Assembly: GCA_963744505.1 (NCBI GenBank)
Contig: CAVUTL010000001.1
Span: 18,664-82,663, forward strand
Direction: 5' to 3'
DNA: 64,000 nt
DNA from: an uncultured Gaiellaceae bacterium
Lineage (GTDB): Bacteria > Actinomycetota > Thermoleophilia > Gaiellales > Gaiellaceae
Under the pieces are notes generated by a model. That model was not told the DNA's origin. It searched no databases and saw nothing but the letters and a program-made list of their open reading frames with translations. The translations under genes were made by a program, and so were the position numbers. Positions 55,821 to 64,000 of this stretch are shown here, one piece after another (the stretch's first letter is position 1; every line of letters starts with the position of its first letter).

Positions 55821-55887
55821 CCGGCGCGTAGTGCCTGTCCGCGGAGCGGACCAGTGGAGGGGGTCTGGGGGAACCGGGAGGTTCACC
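55821..55887 (+). repeat. Intercistronic multi-hairpin repeat, copy 3 (ribE/ribBA spacer)
   Basis: CCGGCGCGTAGTGCCTGTCCGCGGAGCGGACCAGTGGAGGGGGTCTGGGGGAACCGGGAGGTTCACC. Confidence 0.85.
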
Positions 55888-55893
55888 CGGCTT

Positions 55894-56481
55894 CTACCGC
55901 GACAGCAGTCGTTCCACGTACTTCGCGAGGACGTCAGCTTCGAGGTTCACGCGCCGCCCGGGCTCGAGGTCGGAGAGCGTCGTCGCGGCAAGCGTGTGTG
56001 GAACGAGAGCGACGGCGAACGCGTCCTCAGCGAGCTCCGCGATCGTGAGGGAGACGCCGTCGACCGTGATCGAGCCCTTCTCGACGCAGAACCGCAGGAC
56101 GTCCGCGGGCGCCTCGACGAAGACGCGGAGGCCCTCGCCTTCGGCCTCGACGGACTGGACTCGCCCGACGGCGTCGACGTGGCCCTGCACGTAGTGCCCG
56201 CCGAGCTCGTCGCCAACGCGGATCGCCGGCTCGACGTTCACGCGCGCGTTGGGCGCAAGGGCGCCGAGCGTCGACCGCGCGATCGTCTCCGGCACTGCGT
56301 GGAACGAGATCGTCCCGTCGTCGATCTCCGTCGCGGTCAGGCAGCAGCCGGCGATCGCCACCGAGTCTCCGACGCTCGTGCCCGCCGCCGTCTCGGGCGC
56401 CCGCACGACGAGCGCGAGGCCGCCGCCCGCCTCCTCGGCCGAGACGACCGTGCCGAGCTCCCGAACGATCCCGGTGAACAC
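55894..56481 (-). CDS. ribE: Riboflavin synthase (alpha chain)
   Basis: MFTGIVRELGTV...GDSVAIAGCCLT...VDGVSLT (the duplicated barrel). Confidence 0.95.
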   Translation of the reverse strand: MFTGIVRELGTVVSAEEAGGGLALVVRAPETAAGTSVGDSVAIAGCCLTATEIDDGTISFHAVPETIARSTLGALAPNARVNVEPAIRVGDELGGHYVQGHVDAVGRVQSVEAEGEGLRVFVEAPADVLRFCVEKGSITVDGVSLTIAELAEDAFAVALVPHTLAATTLSDLEPGRRVNLEADVLAKYVERLLSR

Positions 56482-56498
56482 GGCGAAACCGTAGCCCT

Positions 56499-57455
56499 CT
56501 AGGGCTCGTTGAGGTACGCCTGGAGGAGCACGTCCTCGCCGACCGGTCGAGCCTCCATGCGCGTGAGCCCGAGCGGTCGCGGCAGCCCCTCGACGATCCC
56601 GGGCCCGTCGCCGGAGAGCCGGGGCGCGACGAACACGAGGAGCTTGTCGACGAAACCGGCCTCGAGGAACGCCGCGGCGAGCGTCGGGCCGCCCTCGAGC
56701 AGGAGCGACTGGATGTCCTCTTTCGCGAGGGCCTCGAGCTCCTCGTGGAGAGGGCCGGATCGCAGCTCGAGCTCGGAGTCGTCCGGGAGCGGGCCGCGCC
56801 CGAACGCGATGCGCCGTGGCTGCCTCACCACCGGAACGTCGCGAGCGTCGAGACGCGGATTGTCCCAGCGGACGGTGCCCATGCCGACCGCGACGGCATC
56901 CGACTGTGCGCGAAGCACGTGTACGAGCTTCCGCGAGACCTCACCGGTCACCCAGCGCTCGCCGGGAACGCGCACGCGTCCGTCGAGCGTGATCGCGACC
57001 TTGTACGTGACGAACGGTCGTCCGGCGGTCACCCAGGTCCTCCACTCCTCGATCTGCTGGCGGCAGCGGAAGGAGACCTCGGGCTCGGCGATCTCGGTCT
57101 CTACGCCCGCGGCCCGAAGCCGCTCGAGTCCTCCGCCGTGCTTCGGACTGGGATCGAGCTGCCCGGCCACGACGCGGCTCACACCGGCTTCGATGAGCGC
57201 GTCGACGCACGGCGGCGTCGTGCCGTGGTGGGCGCACGGCTCGAGCGTCACGTAGACCGTCGCGCCACGCGCGCGGTCCCCAGCAGCTTCGAGCGCGACG
57301 ACCTCGGCGTGCGACCCGCCCTTCCGCTCGTGCCAGCCCTCGCCGAGGATCTCGTCGCCGGAGACCACCACTGCCCCCACGATCGGGTTGGGATGCGTTG
57401 TGCCTCGACCCCGCTCGGCAAGCTCGAGCGCACGCTCCAGGAAGCGGGCTTCCAC
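56499..57455 (-). CDS. ribD: Bifunctional riboflavin biosynthesis deaminase/reductase RibD
   Basis: GTG 57455 inside ORF 56499..57569. Sequence NPIVGAVVV..., HAEVVAL, TLEPCAHHGTTPPC (deaminase Zn site), then the reductase domain. Confidence 0.9.
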   Translation of the reverse strand: MEARFLERALELAERGRGTTHPNPIVGAVVVSGDEILGEGWHERKGGSHAEVVALEAAGDRARGATVYVTLEPCAHHGTTPPCVDALIEAGVSRVVAGQLDPSPKHGGGLERLRAAGVETEIAEPEVSFRCRQQIEEWRTWVTAGRPFVTYKVAITLDGRVRVPGERWVTGEVSRKLVHVLRAQSDAVAVGMGTVRWDNPRLDARDVPVVRQPRRIAFGRGPLPDDSELELRSGPLHEELEALAKEDIQSLLLEGGPTLAAAFLEAGFVDKLLVFVAPRLSGDGPGIVEGLPRPLGLTRMEARPVGEDVLLQAYLNEP

Positions 57456-57492
57456 GAACCTGATCCTACGGCGCAGCCGTACGCTCTCCGCG

Positions 57493-58317
57493 ATGCGTGT
57501 TCCCCACGCCCTCGCCGAGACCTGGAGCCACGAACCGGACTGGCTCGATGCCCTTCCTCGGCTCGTCACGGAGTGCGCGGAGCAGTGGTCGCTCGAGCTC
57601 GAGGACCCGATCGACGCTCCTCACTCGCTCGTCGTGCCGGCGCGCGAGTTGGTGCTCAAGCTGAACGCGCCGTCACACGACGAAGCCGACCACGAGGCCG
57701 ACGCCCTGGCGCGCTGGCATGGCGACGGAGCCGTGCGACTGGTCGCTCGTGACGACGATCGGCGAGCGCTCCTCCTCGAGCGCTGCGTACCCGGTACGCA
57801 GCTCTGGGACGCCGGCGTCGACGAGGCGGCGGTCGTAGCCGGACTGCTGCCGCGTCTCCAGGTCGAGATCGAGGGCACGCACTCCTTCTCACTCCTCGCC
57901 GACGAAGCCGACCGCTGGGCAGAGGCCGTTCCCCGCTGGTACGCAGAGGCCGGCGAACCCTTCGAGCACGCGCTGCTCGATGCAGCGGTCGACGTCTTCC
58001 GGACGGTCGACCGGTCGTCGTCGCAGCTCGTGAACCAGGACCTCCACGGCGGGAATGTCCTCCGCGCGGCACGCGAGCCGTGGCTCGTCATCGATCCGAA
58101 GCCGCTCGTCGGCGAGCGGGAGCTCGAGGCGAGCGGGCTCCTCCGGAACGCCGATTCCGTGACACGGTGGCTCGACGCGCTCGCCGAGATCGGCTTCGAC
58201 CGGGAGCGCGCCCGCGGCTGGGGCGTCGCGCACAACCTCGCCTGGGCGTGGGACGAGCGCCGCGGGTGGCTCGACGAGCACGTCGCAGAGGCCAGGCGGG
58301 TCCTCAGCGCGCGATGA
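57493..58317 (+). CDS. Aminoglycoside/streptomycin-kinase-like phosphotransferase (APH family)
   Basis: ATG 57493 inside ORF 57388..58317. Sequence LVLKLNAPSHDEADHEADAL... and NQDLHGGNVL (catalytic loop). Confidence 0.75.
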   Translation: MRVPHALAETWSHEPDWLDALPRLVTECAEQWSLELEDPIDAPHSLVVPARELVLKLNAPSHDEADHEADALARWHGDGAVRLVARDDDRRALLLERCVPGTQLWDAGVDEAAVVAGLLPRLQVEIEGTHSFSLLADEADRWAEAVPRWYAEAGEPFEHALLDAAVDVFRTVDRSSSQLVNQDLHGGNVLRAAREPWLVIDPKPLVGERELEASGLLRNADSVTRWLDALAEIGFDRERARGWGVAHNLAWAWDERRGWLDEHVAEARRVLSAR

Positions 58318-59551
58318 TGCGCGCGACGAAGAAGCCCGCCGTGCCGTGGACGTGCGGCAGTGTCTGCAGGAACTCGGGTCGCCTCGGGTGCCGGAACTGC
58401 GGCCACTCCTCGGCGAGCGTCGCATCCACCTCGAGCCCGCTGGCGTCCACGACCGCCTCCGACTCGTCCGCGTTGATCGTGCAGACCGAGTAGACGATCG
58501 TGCCCCCGGCGCGGACCCGGTCGGCGGCCGCCCGGAGCAGCTCGAGCTGGAGCTCGGGCAGTGGCTCCGCGCGCCAGCGCAGATCCGGCCGTCGATTCAG
58601 GACGCCGAGGCCCGAGCACGGAGCATCGACGACAGCGCGGTCGTAGCCGGCGAGCTCGGCCGGAAGCGCACGGCCGTCGGCGACGACGACGCGGACGTTC
58701 GCCGCGCCGAGACGGTGGCACGTCTCCTCGAGCTCGCGCGCCCTGGCCTCGTTCACCTCGACGGCGGTCACTTCCCCTGCGAGCATCGTCGCCTTCCCCC
58801 CGGGTGCGGCACAGAGATCGAGCGTCCGCTCACCCTCCTGCGCGCCAACGACGAGGCCGACGAGCTGAGAGGCGGCACTCTGCGGCCAGACTCGCCCGTC
58901 GGCGAGGGCGGCCTCGTCGACGCGATCGACCTGCCACGCGCCGGCCACGTCAGCGATCGGCGTCCCCTCGATCTCGCCTCGCAACAGGCGCACCACAGGC
59001 TTGCCCGGCTCGTTCAACGCCCGCATCAACTCACGCGCCTCCTCGGGACCGAGGTCGCGCCACCAGGCTTCGGCGATCCAGTCCGGGTACGAGTGCTTCA
59101 GCGCGGCCTCGGCCGGCGTTGCGTCGGGGAGCGCCGCCAGCAACGGCCCGATGCCGTCTGCCACCCGACGTAGCACTGCGTTCGTGAACGCAACCGCTCG
59201 GTGCAGGCCGACGCGGCGGACGAGCTCGACCGACTCGTTGACAGCGGCATATCGCGCGACCCCGTCGACGAAGCCGAGCTGGTATGCGCCCAGCCGGAGC
59301 GCCGCCCGCACCGGGGGATCGAGGCGCGGTACCCGACGCCGGCCAAGCGTCTCGATCGAGTGATCGAGAGTACGCATGCGCTGGACGGCACCGAACGCGA
59401 GGCGTTGCGCGAGCGCACGATCTCGCCCGTCGAGGCCCGCGGCTGCGGTGCGGAACGCACGATCCGCGTAGGCACCGTCCTCGAAGACACGCTGGAGGAC
59501 GTCGAACGCCGCGACCCGCGCGGGGCTTATGGTCGCAGGCCGCGAAGCCAT
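58304..59551 (-). CDS. rsmB: 16S rRNA (cytosine967-C5)-methyltransferase RsmB
   Basis: 415 aa with an N-terminal NusB-like domain, DLCAAPGGK, DAPCSGLG and YSVCT. Confidence 0.9.
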   Translation of the reverse strand: MASRPATISPARVAAFDVLQRVFEDGAYADRAFRTAAAGLDGRDRALAQRLAFGAVQRMRTLDHSIETLGRRRVPRLDPPVRAALRLGAYQLGFVDGVARYAAVNESVELVRRVGLHRAVAFTNAVLRRVADGIGPLLAALPDATPAEAALKHSYPDWIAEAWWRDLGPEEARELMRALNEPGKPVVRLLRGEIEGTPIADVAGAWQVDRVDEAALADGRVWPQSAASQLVGLVVGAQEGERTLDLCAAPGGKATMLAGEVTAVEVNEARARELEETCHRLGAANVRVVVADGRALPAELAGYDRAVVDAPCSGLGVLNRRPDLRWRAEPLPELQLELLRAAADRVRAGGTIVYSVCTINADESEAVVDASGLEVDATLAEEWPQFRHPRRPEFLQTLPHVHGTAGFFVARIIAR

Positions 59552-60333
59552 GCCTCGTACGCCATCCGGCGACCTCCGTCGGGTTGAATCTCGACCGGCT
59601 CGAACGAGCCGTCTTCGGCGACGAGGGCGCGCCAGATCGTGACGCGGCGGCCATTGAGCTCCGCGCGAGCGCCGATGTGCGGGGAGAGCGCCCGCACGCG
59701 ATCGACGAGCTTCCTCGCGGGCTGCGTGAGGTCGAGCTCCCGATCCTCGGCCGTGATCTTCGCCGCGTAGGTCGGCTCGCCCTCCTGCTCGCGGAATAGC
59801 GTCTCCGGGTCGTCGAGCACGTGGTCGAGAAGCGAGGTGGCAACTTCGGCGGCTCGCGCAAAGACGGCTCCCGCGTCGTCGTCCGGGCGGAGCGGGAACG
59901 ACTCCTGCGCCGCGATCGGCCCCGCGTCGAGCTCCTTCACGAGCTTGATGATCGTGACACCGGTCTCGGTCTCCCCGGCCATGAGCGCGCGTTCGACCGG
60001 CGCTGCACCACGCCAGCGTGGGAGGAGCGAGGGATGGACGTTGAGCCAGAGCCGCTCGGCGAGGAGTTCGTCCGGGACGATCAGGCCATAGGCGACCGCG
60101 ACGACGACAGGCGCTTCGAGCGCGAGCCCCGGCTCGAGGCGTTCGAGCTCGAGCACCGGCAGCCCGAGCCGCTCTGCGACCTGCTTCGCGGGCGAGGGAG
60201 CGAGCTTGCGGCCCCTCCCGGCCGGAGCGTCGGGGCGTGTGAGGACGGACGAGACCTCGTGCCTCGATGCGAGCCGTTCCAGGACGTCGGCGCCGAACGC
60301 GGCGGTCGCAGCGACCGCGATCCGCCGGCTCAA
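59527..60333 (-). CDS. fmt: Methionyl-tRNA formyltransferase (short form)
   Basis: This is the tail of ORF 59527..60951: LNVHPSLLPRWRGAAPVERA...GVTIIKLVKELDAGPI. The TTG at 60333 overlaps the def stop (TTGA). Confidence 0.85.
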   Translation of the reverse strand: MSRRIAVAATAAFGADVLERLASRHEVSSVLTRPDAPAGRGRKLAPSPAKQVAERLGLPVLELERLEPGLALEAPVVVAVAYGLIVPDELLAERLWLNVHPSLLPRWRGAAPVERALMAGETETGVTIIKLVKELDAGPIAAQESFPLRPDDDAGAVFARAAEVATSLLDHVLDDPETLFREQEGEPTYAAKITAEDRELDLTQPARKLVDRVRALSPHIGARAELNGRRVTIWRALVAEDGSFEPVEIQPDGGRRMAYEAWLRGLRP

Positions 60334-60926
60334 CGTGCGCCGAGGACAGGCTGCGGCCTGAGCCTCGCGAGAGCCGCCCGCCGCGACTCGTCGTCCGTGC
60401 GGTCGAGGATGAGCACCCCGTCGAGATGGTCGAGCTCGTGCTGGACGACTCGGGACGTCGGAAGCTCGAACTCGAACCTCACGGGCTCGCCCTTCGGGTC
60501 GACGCCCTCGATAGTGACGGACTTCGAACGTTCGACCGGGACGAGAACCTCGCGAAGGGAGAGACAGCCTTCGTCGTCGACCTCGGTGTCGCTCGAGCGG
60601 TCGGTGATCGTCGGATTGACGAGCACCCGATCCTCGCCCTCGTCCACGAACACGAACAGTCGGCGCAGCACACCAACCTGCGTGCCCGCGAGCCCGACGC
60701 CGTTCGCCTCGCGCATCAGCGCGGTCATACGCTCGGCGAGCCGCGCGAGATCGTCGTCGAAGGTGACGACCTCGCGCGCCTGCATGCGCAGGACCGTGTC
60801 GCCGTACTGGCGGATTCGCGAGAGCGCGAGGAGGCGACGCGCCTCGCGCTCGAGCTCCTGCTCGTCCTCGAGGTGATCGTGTTCGCCCGCATCGTGGTCG
60901 TGATGGTGATGCTCCTGGTCGGCCAT
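60330..60926 (-). CDS. def: Peptide deformylase with a His/acid-rich N-terminal extension
   Basis: GVGLAGTQVG, EGCLS and QHELDHL metal-site motifs, preceded by MADQEHHHHDHDAGEHDHLEDEQ. Confidence 0.9.
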   Translation of the reverse strand: MADQEHHHHDHDAGEHDHLEDEQELEREARRLLALSRIRQYGDTVLRMQAREVVTFDDDLARLAERMTALMREANGVGLAGTQVGVLRRLFVFVDEGEDRVLVNPTITDRSSDTEVDDEGCLSLREVLVPVERSKSVTIEGVDPKGEPVRFEFELPTSRVVQHELDHLDGVLILDRTDDESRRAALARLRPQPVLGAR

Positions 60927-60965
60927 CGCGCGGCGAGTCTAGCCGCCGCACGACGGCCCTACTGG

Positions 60966-61550
60966 TCAGCCGATCCCGGTCGGCTGCCTCGCCAACTCCT
61001 CGCCATCGGCGTCCCGCGCAATGACCGCGACCGGCCCGACGCCGCTGCGCAGATCGGCCTTCTTGAACCGATACCCGAAGGCGAGGAAGTCACCTCCATC
61101 GAGCTTCGCCTTCCTCATTCGGACAGCACGCACGCTGCCGTCGGTCATGAGGACGGCGACGCTTGCGACAGCGTCCTCCGCAAGCCCGATGAGCCGCGCA
61201 TCACGCACGTCTTCGAGTGCGGGGCCACCCTCGTACGCGAGGCTTGCCGACAGGACGCTTCCTCCGAGCGGTTGGTCGAGGGCGTTGCATCCACCACCCC
61301 TCTGGAGCGAATCAGCCGAGGGCGCATCCCAGACGCAGAGCTGACCGCCCGTCGTCTGCGCGAACACACCACGGCCCGACAGACCGTCTGCCGCAGCGAT
61401 GTCGGCGACCCGGACGGCATCGCCCGCTGCCAGCGCATCGTGGAACGCGTCCGGATCGGCGCCTCGAAACTGAGCGGCGATCACGCCGCTCGTGAGCAGT
61501 GCCGCCGCAACCACGACGATCGAGGCCACGACGACTCTCTTTCCGAGCAT
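60966..61550 (-). CDS. Hypothetical exported/membrane-anchored protein (194 aa)
   Basis: N-terminal helix MLGKRVVVASIVVVAAALLTSGVIAA. The family is not recognised. Confidence 0.55.
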   Translation of the reverse strand: MLGKRVVVASIVVVAAALLTSGVIAAQFRGADPDAFHDALAAGDAVRVADIAAADGLSGRGVFAQTTGGQLCVWDAPSADSLQRGGGCNALDQPLGGSVLSASLAYEGGPALEDVRDARLIGLAEDAVASVAVLMTDGSVRAVRMRKAKLDGGDFLAFGYRFKKADLRSGVGPVAVIARDADGEELARQPTGIG

Positions 61551-61561
61551 GCCTCCTCCCC

Positions 61562-61906
61562 TCAGTTGACGACGGCGCAGCTACCCCAGAAGTAGCCGCT
61601 GTTGGCGCGGCAGTGCCCGCGCTTGACGTTGGACACGAACCAGTACGTGTAGGTCGTGTCGGAGGTGTTGCGAACGGTCGCATGCCACGAGTAGGTCACG
61701 TTGTCGATGAACGTGACCGTGGCGTCGTAGCCGGAGCCCTGCTTGAAGAAGTAGTTGTACTTCCAGCCCGAGCTGTACGAACTGCCGGCGCTCGCACCCG
61801 CCGACCACGCCCTTGGGCCTGCGTAGGTCGTCGCGCCCGCAAGCGCTGCTCCCGCGAGAGCAAGCGCGGCGATGACCACCGCGAGCCCGAAACCGAGCCT
61901 CTTCAC
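61562..61906 (-). CDS. Small secreted Tyr/Ser/Thr-rich protein with a C-terminal Cys pair (114 aa)
   Basis: GTG 61906 with SD AAGGAG. Signal peptide VKRLGFGLAVVIAALALAGAALAG, then ...WKYNYFFKQGSGYDATVTF...HCRANSGYFWGSCAVVN. Confidence 0.6.
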   Translation of the reverse strand: MKRLGFGLAVVIAALALAGAALAGATTYAGPRAWSAGASAGSSYSSGWKYNYFFKQGSGYDATVTFIDNVTYSWHATVRNTSDTTYTYWFVSNVKRGHCRANSGYFWGSCAVVN

Positions 61907-62006
61907 AGTCTTCTCCTTCTCACTCGCTGCTGATGCGCCTGTGGTACTCGCGATTCGGTCGCGCCGCAATTGGCCGAAACGGCCATGTCCGACTCGGACC
62001 GGGCCG

Positions 62007-63980
62007 CTAGGACGACTGCGGATCGACGTCGACGACGGCGGACAGGCTGTCACGCCGCATCGCCGGAGCGGCGCTCGCGAGAAGCGCAGCAGCGCGACTC
62101 GCGAAGGCCCGTGGAGCAGCCGTCTTCACCAGCAGCTGAGCGCGATGGCGGCCACGCAGGCGGAGGAGCGGCGCAGGCCCGAGCAGGCGAGCGTCGGCCG
62201 TCTCGAGAGCGCTGCGAAGCTCGCGGAGCGCGCGACCGACAGCACCCGGGTCAGGTCCCGAAACGACGAGTGAAACAAGATGTGAAAAAGGTGGGTAGCC
62301 GAGCTCCTCGCGTCGCGCGAGCTCGTGCGCGAGGTAACCCGCGACGTCGTGCCGCACCGCGTAGGCGAAGGGCGTCGCGTCGGGCTGGAACGTCTGCACG
62401 ACGACCCGCCCCGGGGCATCGCGCCCACTCCGGCCCGCAAGCTGGGTCACGAGCTGGAACGTCCGCTCCTCCGACCGGAAGTCGGGGAACGCGAGCCCCG
62501 CATCGGCGTCGACGACGGCGGCCACCTCGACACCCGGGAAGTGGTGGCCCTTTGCCACCATCTGCGTCCCGATCAACGCCGCAGACCGCGCACTCCCGAA
62601 CCGTTCCAGCGCCTCCCGGAGCGCGCCCGGCCGAGCGGCCGTATCGGCATCCAGCCGGATGCGCTCGAGCGCGGGGACCCGGCGTGCGAGCTCCGCATCG
62701 AGGCGCTGCGTGCCAGCACCGATGCGTGCGAGCTCGACCGAGCCGCACTCCGGGCACGACTCCGGCATTTCGTCCGAGTAGCCGCAGTGATGGCAGTGCA
62801 GCCTCGAGTCCAGGTGCAACGTCAGCGCGATGTCGCAACTGCGGCAGCGGCGAGTCACTCCGCACGAGCGGCAGTGCACAGCCCCCGACATCCCTCGGCG
62901 GTTGAGGAGGAGAATCGCGCGCCCGCCTCGCTCCGCGACAGCTGCGAGCTCCGCGAGAAGAGGAGCCGACAGCGGATAGCCCGCCTCACGCCGAAGGTCG
63001 ACCAGCTTCACCGTCGGCATCGGCGCGCCGATGCGCGCCGGCAGCTCCAGCCGCTCGAGCCGCGCCCAGCTCTCGGCTCTCGGTGTCGCGCTGCCGTAGA
63101 CCGCAACGGCTCCCTCGAGCGCGGCGCGCTTCGCCGCCACGGTGCGCGCGTCGTAGCGGGGATCGGACTCCTGCTTGAACGACGCATCGTGCTCCTCGTC
63201 GACGACGACGAGCCCGAGCCGATCGACGGGCGCGAAGATCGCGGAGCGCGCCCCGACCACGACGCGGGCCTCGCCGGAACCGATGCGCTCTCGCTCGTCG
63301 CGCCGCTCGGCATCGGTCAGCGCCGAGTGCAACACGGCCACGTCGTCGCCGAATCGAGCCCTGAACCGACCGACAGTCTGCGGCGTCAACGCGATCTCGG
63401 GGACGAGCACGATCACGCCGCGATCGCGCGCGAGTGCCGCCGCGGCGGCCTGGAGATAGACCTCCGTCTTCCCGCTTCCGGTCGGCCCGTGCAGCAGGAC
63501 GTGCCCACCTCCGCCGCGCTCGAGCGCCTGCGAGATCGTCGCCACGGCCGCGCGCTGCGCATCGGTCAGCTCGGCGGGCTCCGGCTCGCCGCCGAGGCCG
63601 TCTCGGGCGGCGGGATCGCGACGCGCGCCGCGCCGCTTGGCCACGTACGGCGCAACGAGTGCCAGCGCCCGCGCAGGTGTCGAGCCGTAGTAGTCCGCCA
63701 GCCAGAGCGACAATTCGACGAGCGCGGCGGGGACCCGATCGACGACGGCGCCTGCGTCCGCGACTTCGACCCCGTCCGGAGCGCAGCCACCGACCTCGAC
63801 GACGACTCCCCGAACGCGGCGCCCACCGAGGTGCACCGAGAGCACGTCCCCGCGGGCCACCTCGTCCGGAACGCGATACGTGAAGGGGCGCGCGAGCGCG
63901 CGGGCCGTCACGAGCGGGAAGATCTCGGCAAAGGGCACGGGTGGCGAGCGTAGCCGCGAGGTCGGCGCGGAGATCGTCAC
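62007..63980 (-). CDS. priA: Primosomal protein N' (PriA helicase)
   Basis: 657 aa, intact, with LHGPTGSGKTEVY, VVDEEHD and the Cys-rich zinc module CRSCG...CRSCD...CHHCG...CPECG. The start is 63980 or GTG 63938. Confidence 0.9.
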   Translation of the reverse strand: MTISAPTSRLRSPPVPFAEIFPLVTARALARPFTYRVPDEVARGDVLSVHLGGRRVRGVVVEVGGCAPDGVEVADAGAVVDRVPAALVELSLWLADYYGSTPARALALVAPYVAKRRGARRDPAARDGLGGEPEPAELTDAQRAAVATISQALERGGGGHVLLHGPTGSGKTEVYLQAAAAALARDRGVIVLVPEIALTPQTVGRFRARFGDDVAVLHSALTDAERRDERERIGSGEARVVVGARSAIFAPVDRLGLVVVDEEHDASFKQESDPRYDARTVAAKRAALEGAVAVYGSATPRAESWARLERLELPARIGAPMPTVKLVDLRREAGYPLSAPLLAELAAVAERGGRAILLLNRRGMSGAVHCRSCGVTRRCRSCDIALTLHLDSRLHCHHCGYSDEMPESCPECGSVELARIGAGTQRLDAELARRVPALERIRLDADTAARPGALREALERFGSARSAALIGTQMVAKGHHFPGVEVAAVVDADAGLAFPDFRSEERTFQLVTQLAGRSGRDAPGRVVVQTFQPDATPFAYAVRHDVAGYLAHELARREELGYPPFSHLVSLVVSGPDPGAVGRALRELRSALETADARLLGPAPLLRLRGRHRAQLLVKTAAPRAFASRAAALLASAAPAMRRDSLSAVVDVDPQSS

Positions 63981-64000
63981 GACTTGGCACCACCGCGGCC

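Noticed and set aside
1-64000. CRISPR arrays, rRNA genes, transposases or integrases, prophage blocks, and large tandem repeats.
   Set aside because: None was found on reading both strands. The only repeats are the three short families reported, the two 3'-end duplications and the intragenic Ig-like and Gly-X-Y repeats.

Overview
This is a very GC-rich (about 70% by eye) chromosomal core segment with actinobacterial-type gene order. A Thermoleophilia- or Rubrobacteria-like source is only a guess. I call about 70 protein genes and one tRNA-Leu(UAA). I saw no rRNA, CRISPR array, transposase or integrase. Most genes lie on the minus strand in tightly coupled operons: gdh-CBS; adnA-adnB-metallophosphoesterase-nth; ffh, rpsP-KH-rimM-trmD-lepB, rplS-rnhB-yraN-[MTase + collagen-like insert]-comM-dprA; smc-ftsY; rpmF-plsX-acpP-rnc; recG-rsmD-coaD; asp23-fakA(yloV)-receiver-fakB(degV); rpmB; ribD-ribE-ribBA-ribH; def-fmt-rsmB; priA. 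The plus strand carries rmuC, trxB, corA, an IDH-family dehydrogenase, pntAA-pntAB-pntB-OCD, a cyclase-STAND-TPR regulator, an Ig-repeat secreted protein, a LysR regulator and an APH-like kinase. As given, the sequence has roughly two dozen single-base frame breaks, several in essential genes (ftsY, smc, rnhB) and mostly at short G/C runs. I read most of them as assembly indels, not pseudogenes, and give those genes as one feature each with the break noted. Six things deserve a second look. (1) A roughly 70-nt multi-hairpin repeat sits in the same orientation in three intercistronic spacers (adnA/adnB, smc/ftsY, ribE/ribBA). (2) Two gene junctions have the 3' end of the upstream gene duplicated on both sides of an inserted structured spacer, and the copies differ almost only at synonymous third positions. 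(3) A stand-alone response-regulator receiver is translationally coupled inside a fatty-acid-kinase (fakA-fakB) operon. (4) Lumazine synthase carries a 95-residue poly-acidic N-terminal extension. (5) An orphan SPPY methyltransferase plus a collagen-like secreted protein are inserted into the conserved rnhB-yraN-comM-dprA block, and yraN has no stop codon before the methyltransferase. (6) GTGA/TTGA stop-start overlaps and probable leaderless starts are pervasive. No database search could be run, so all family calls rest on motifs I recognise in the translations.
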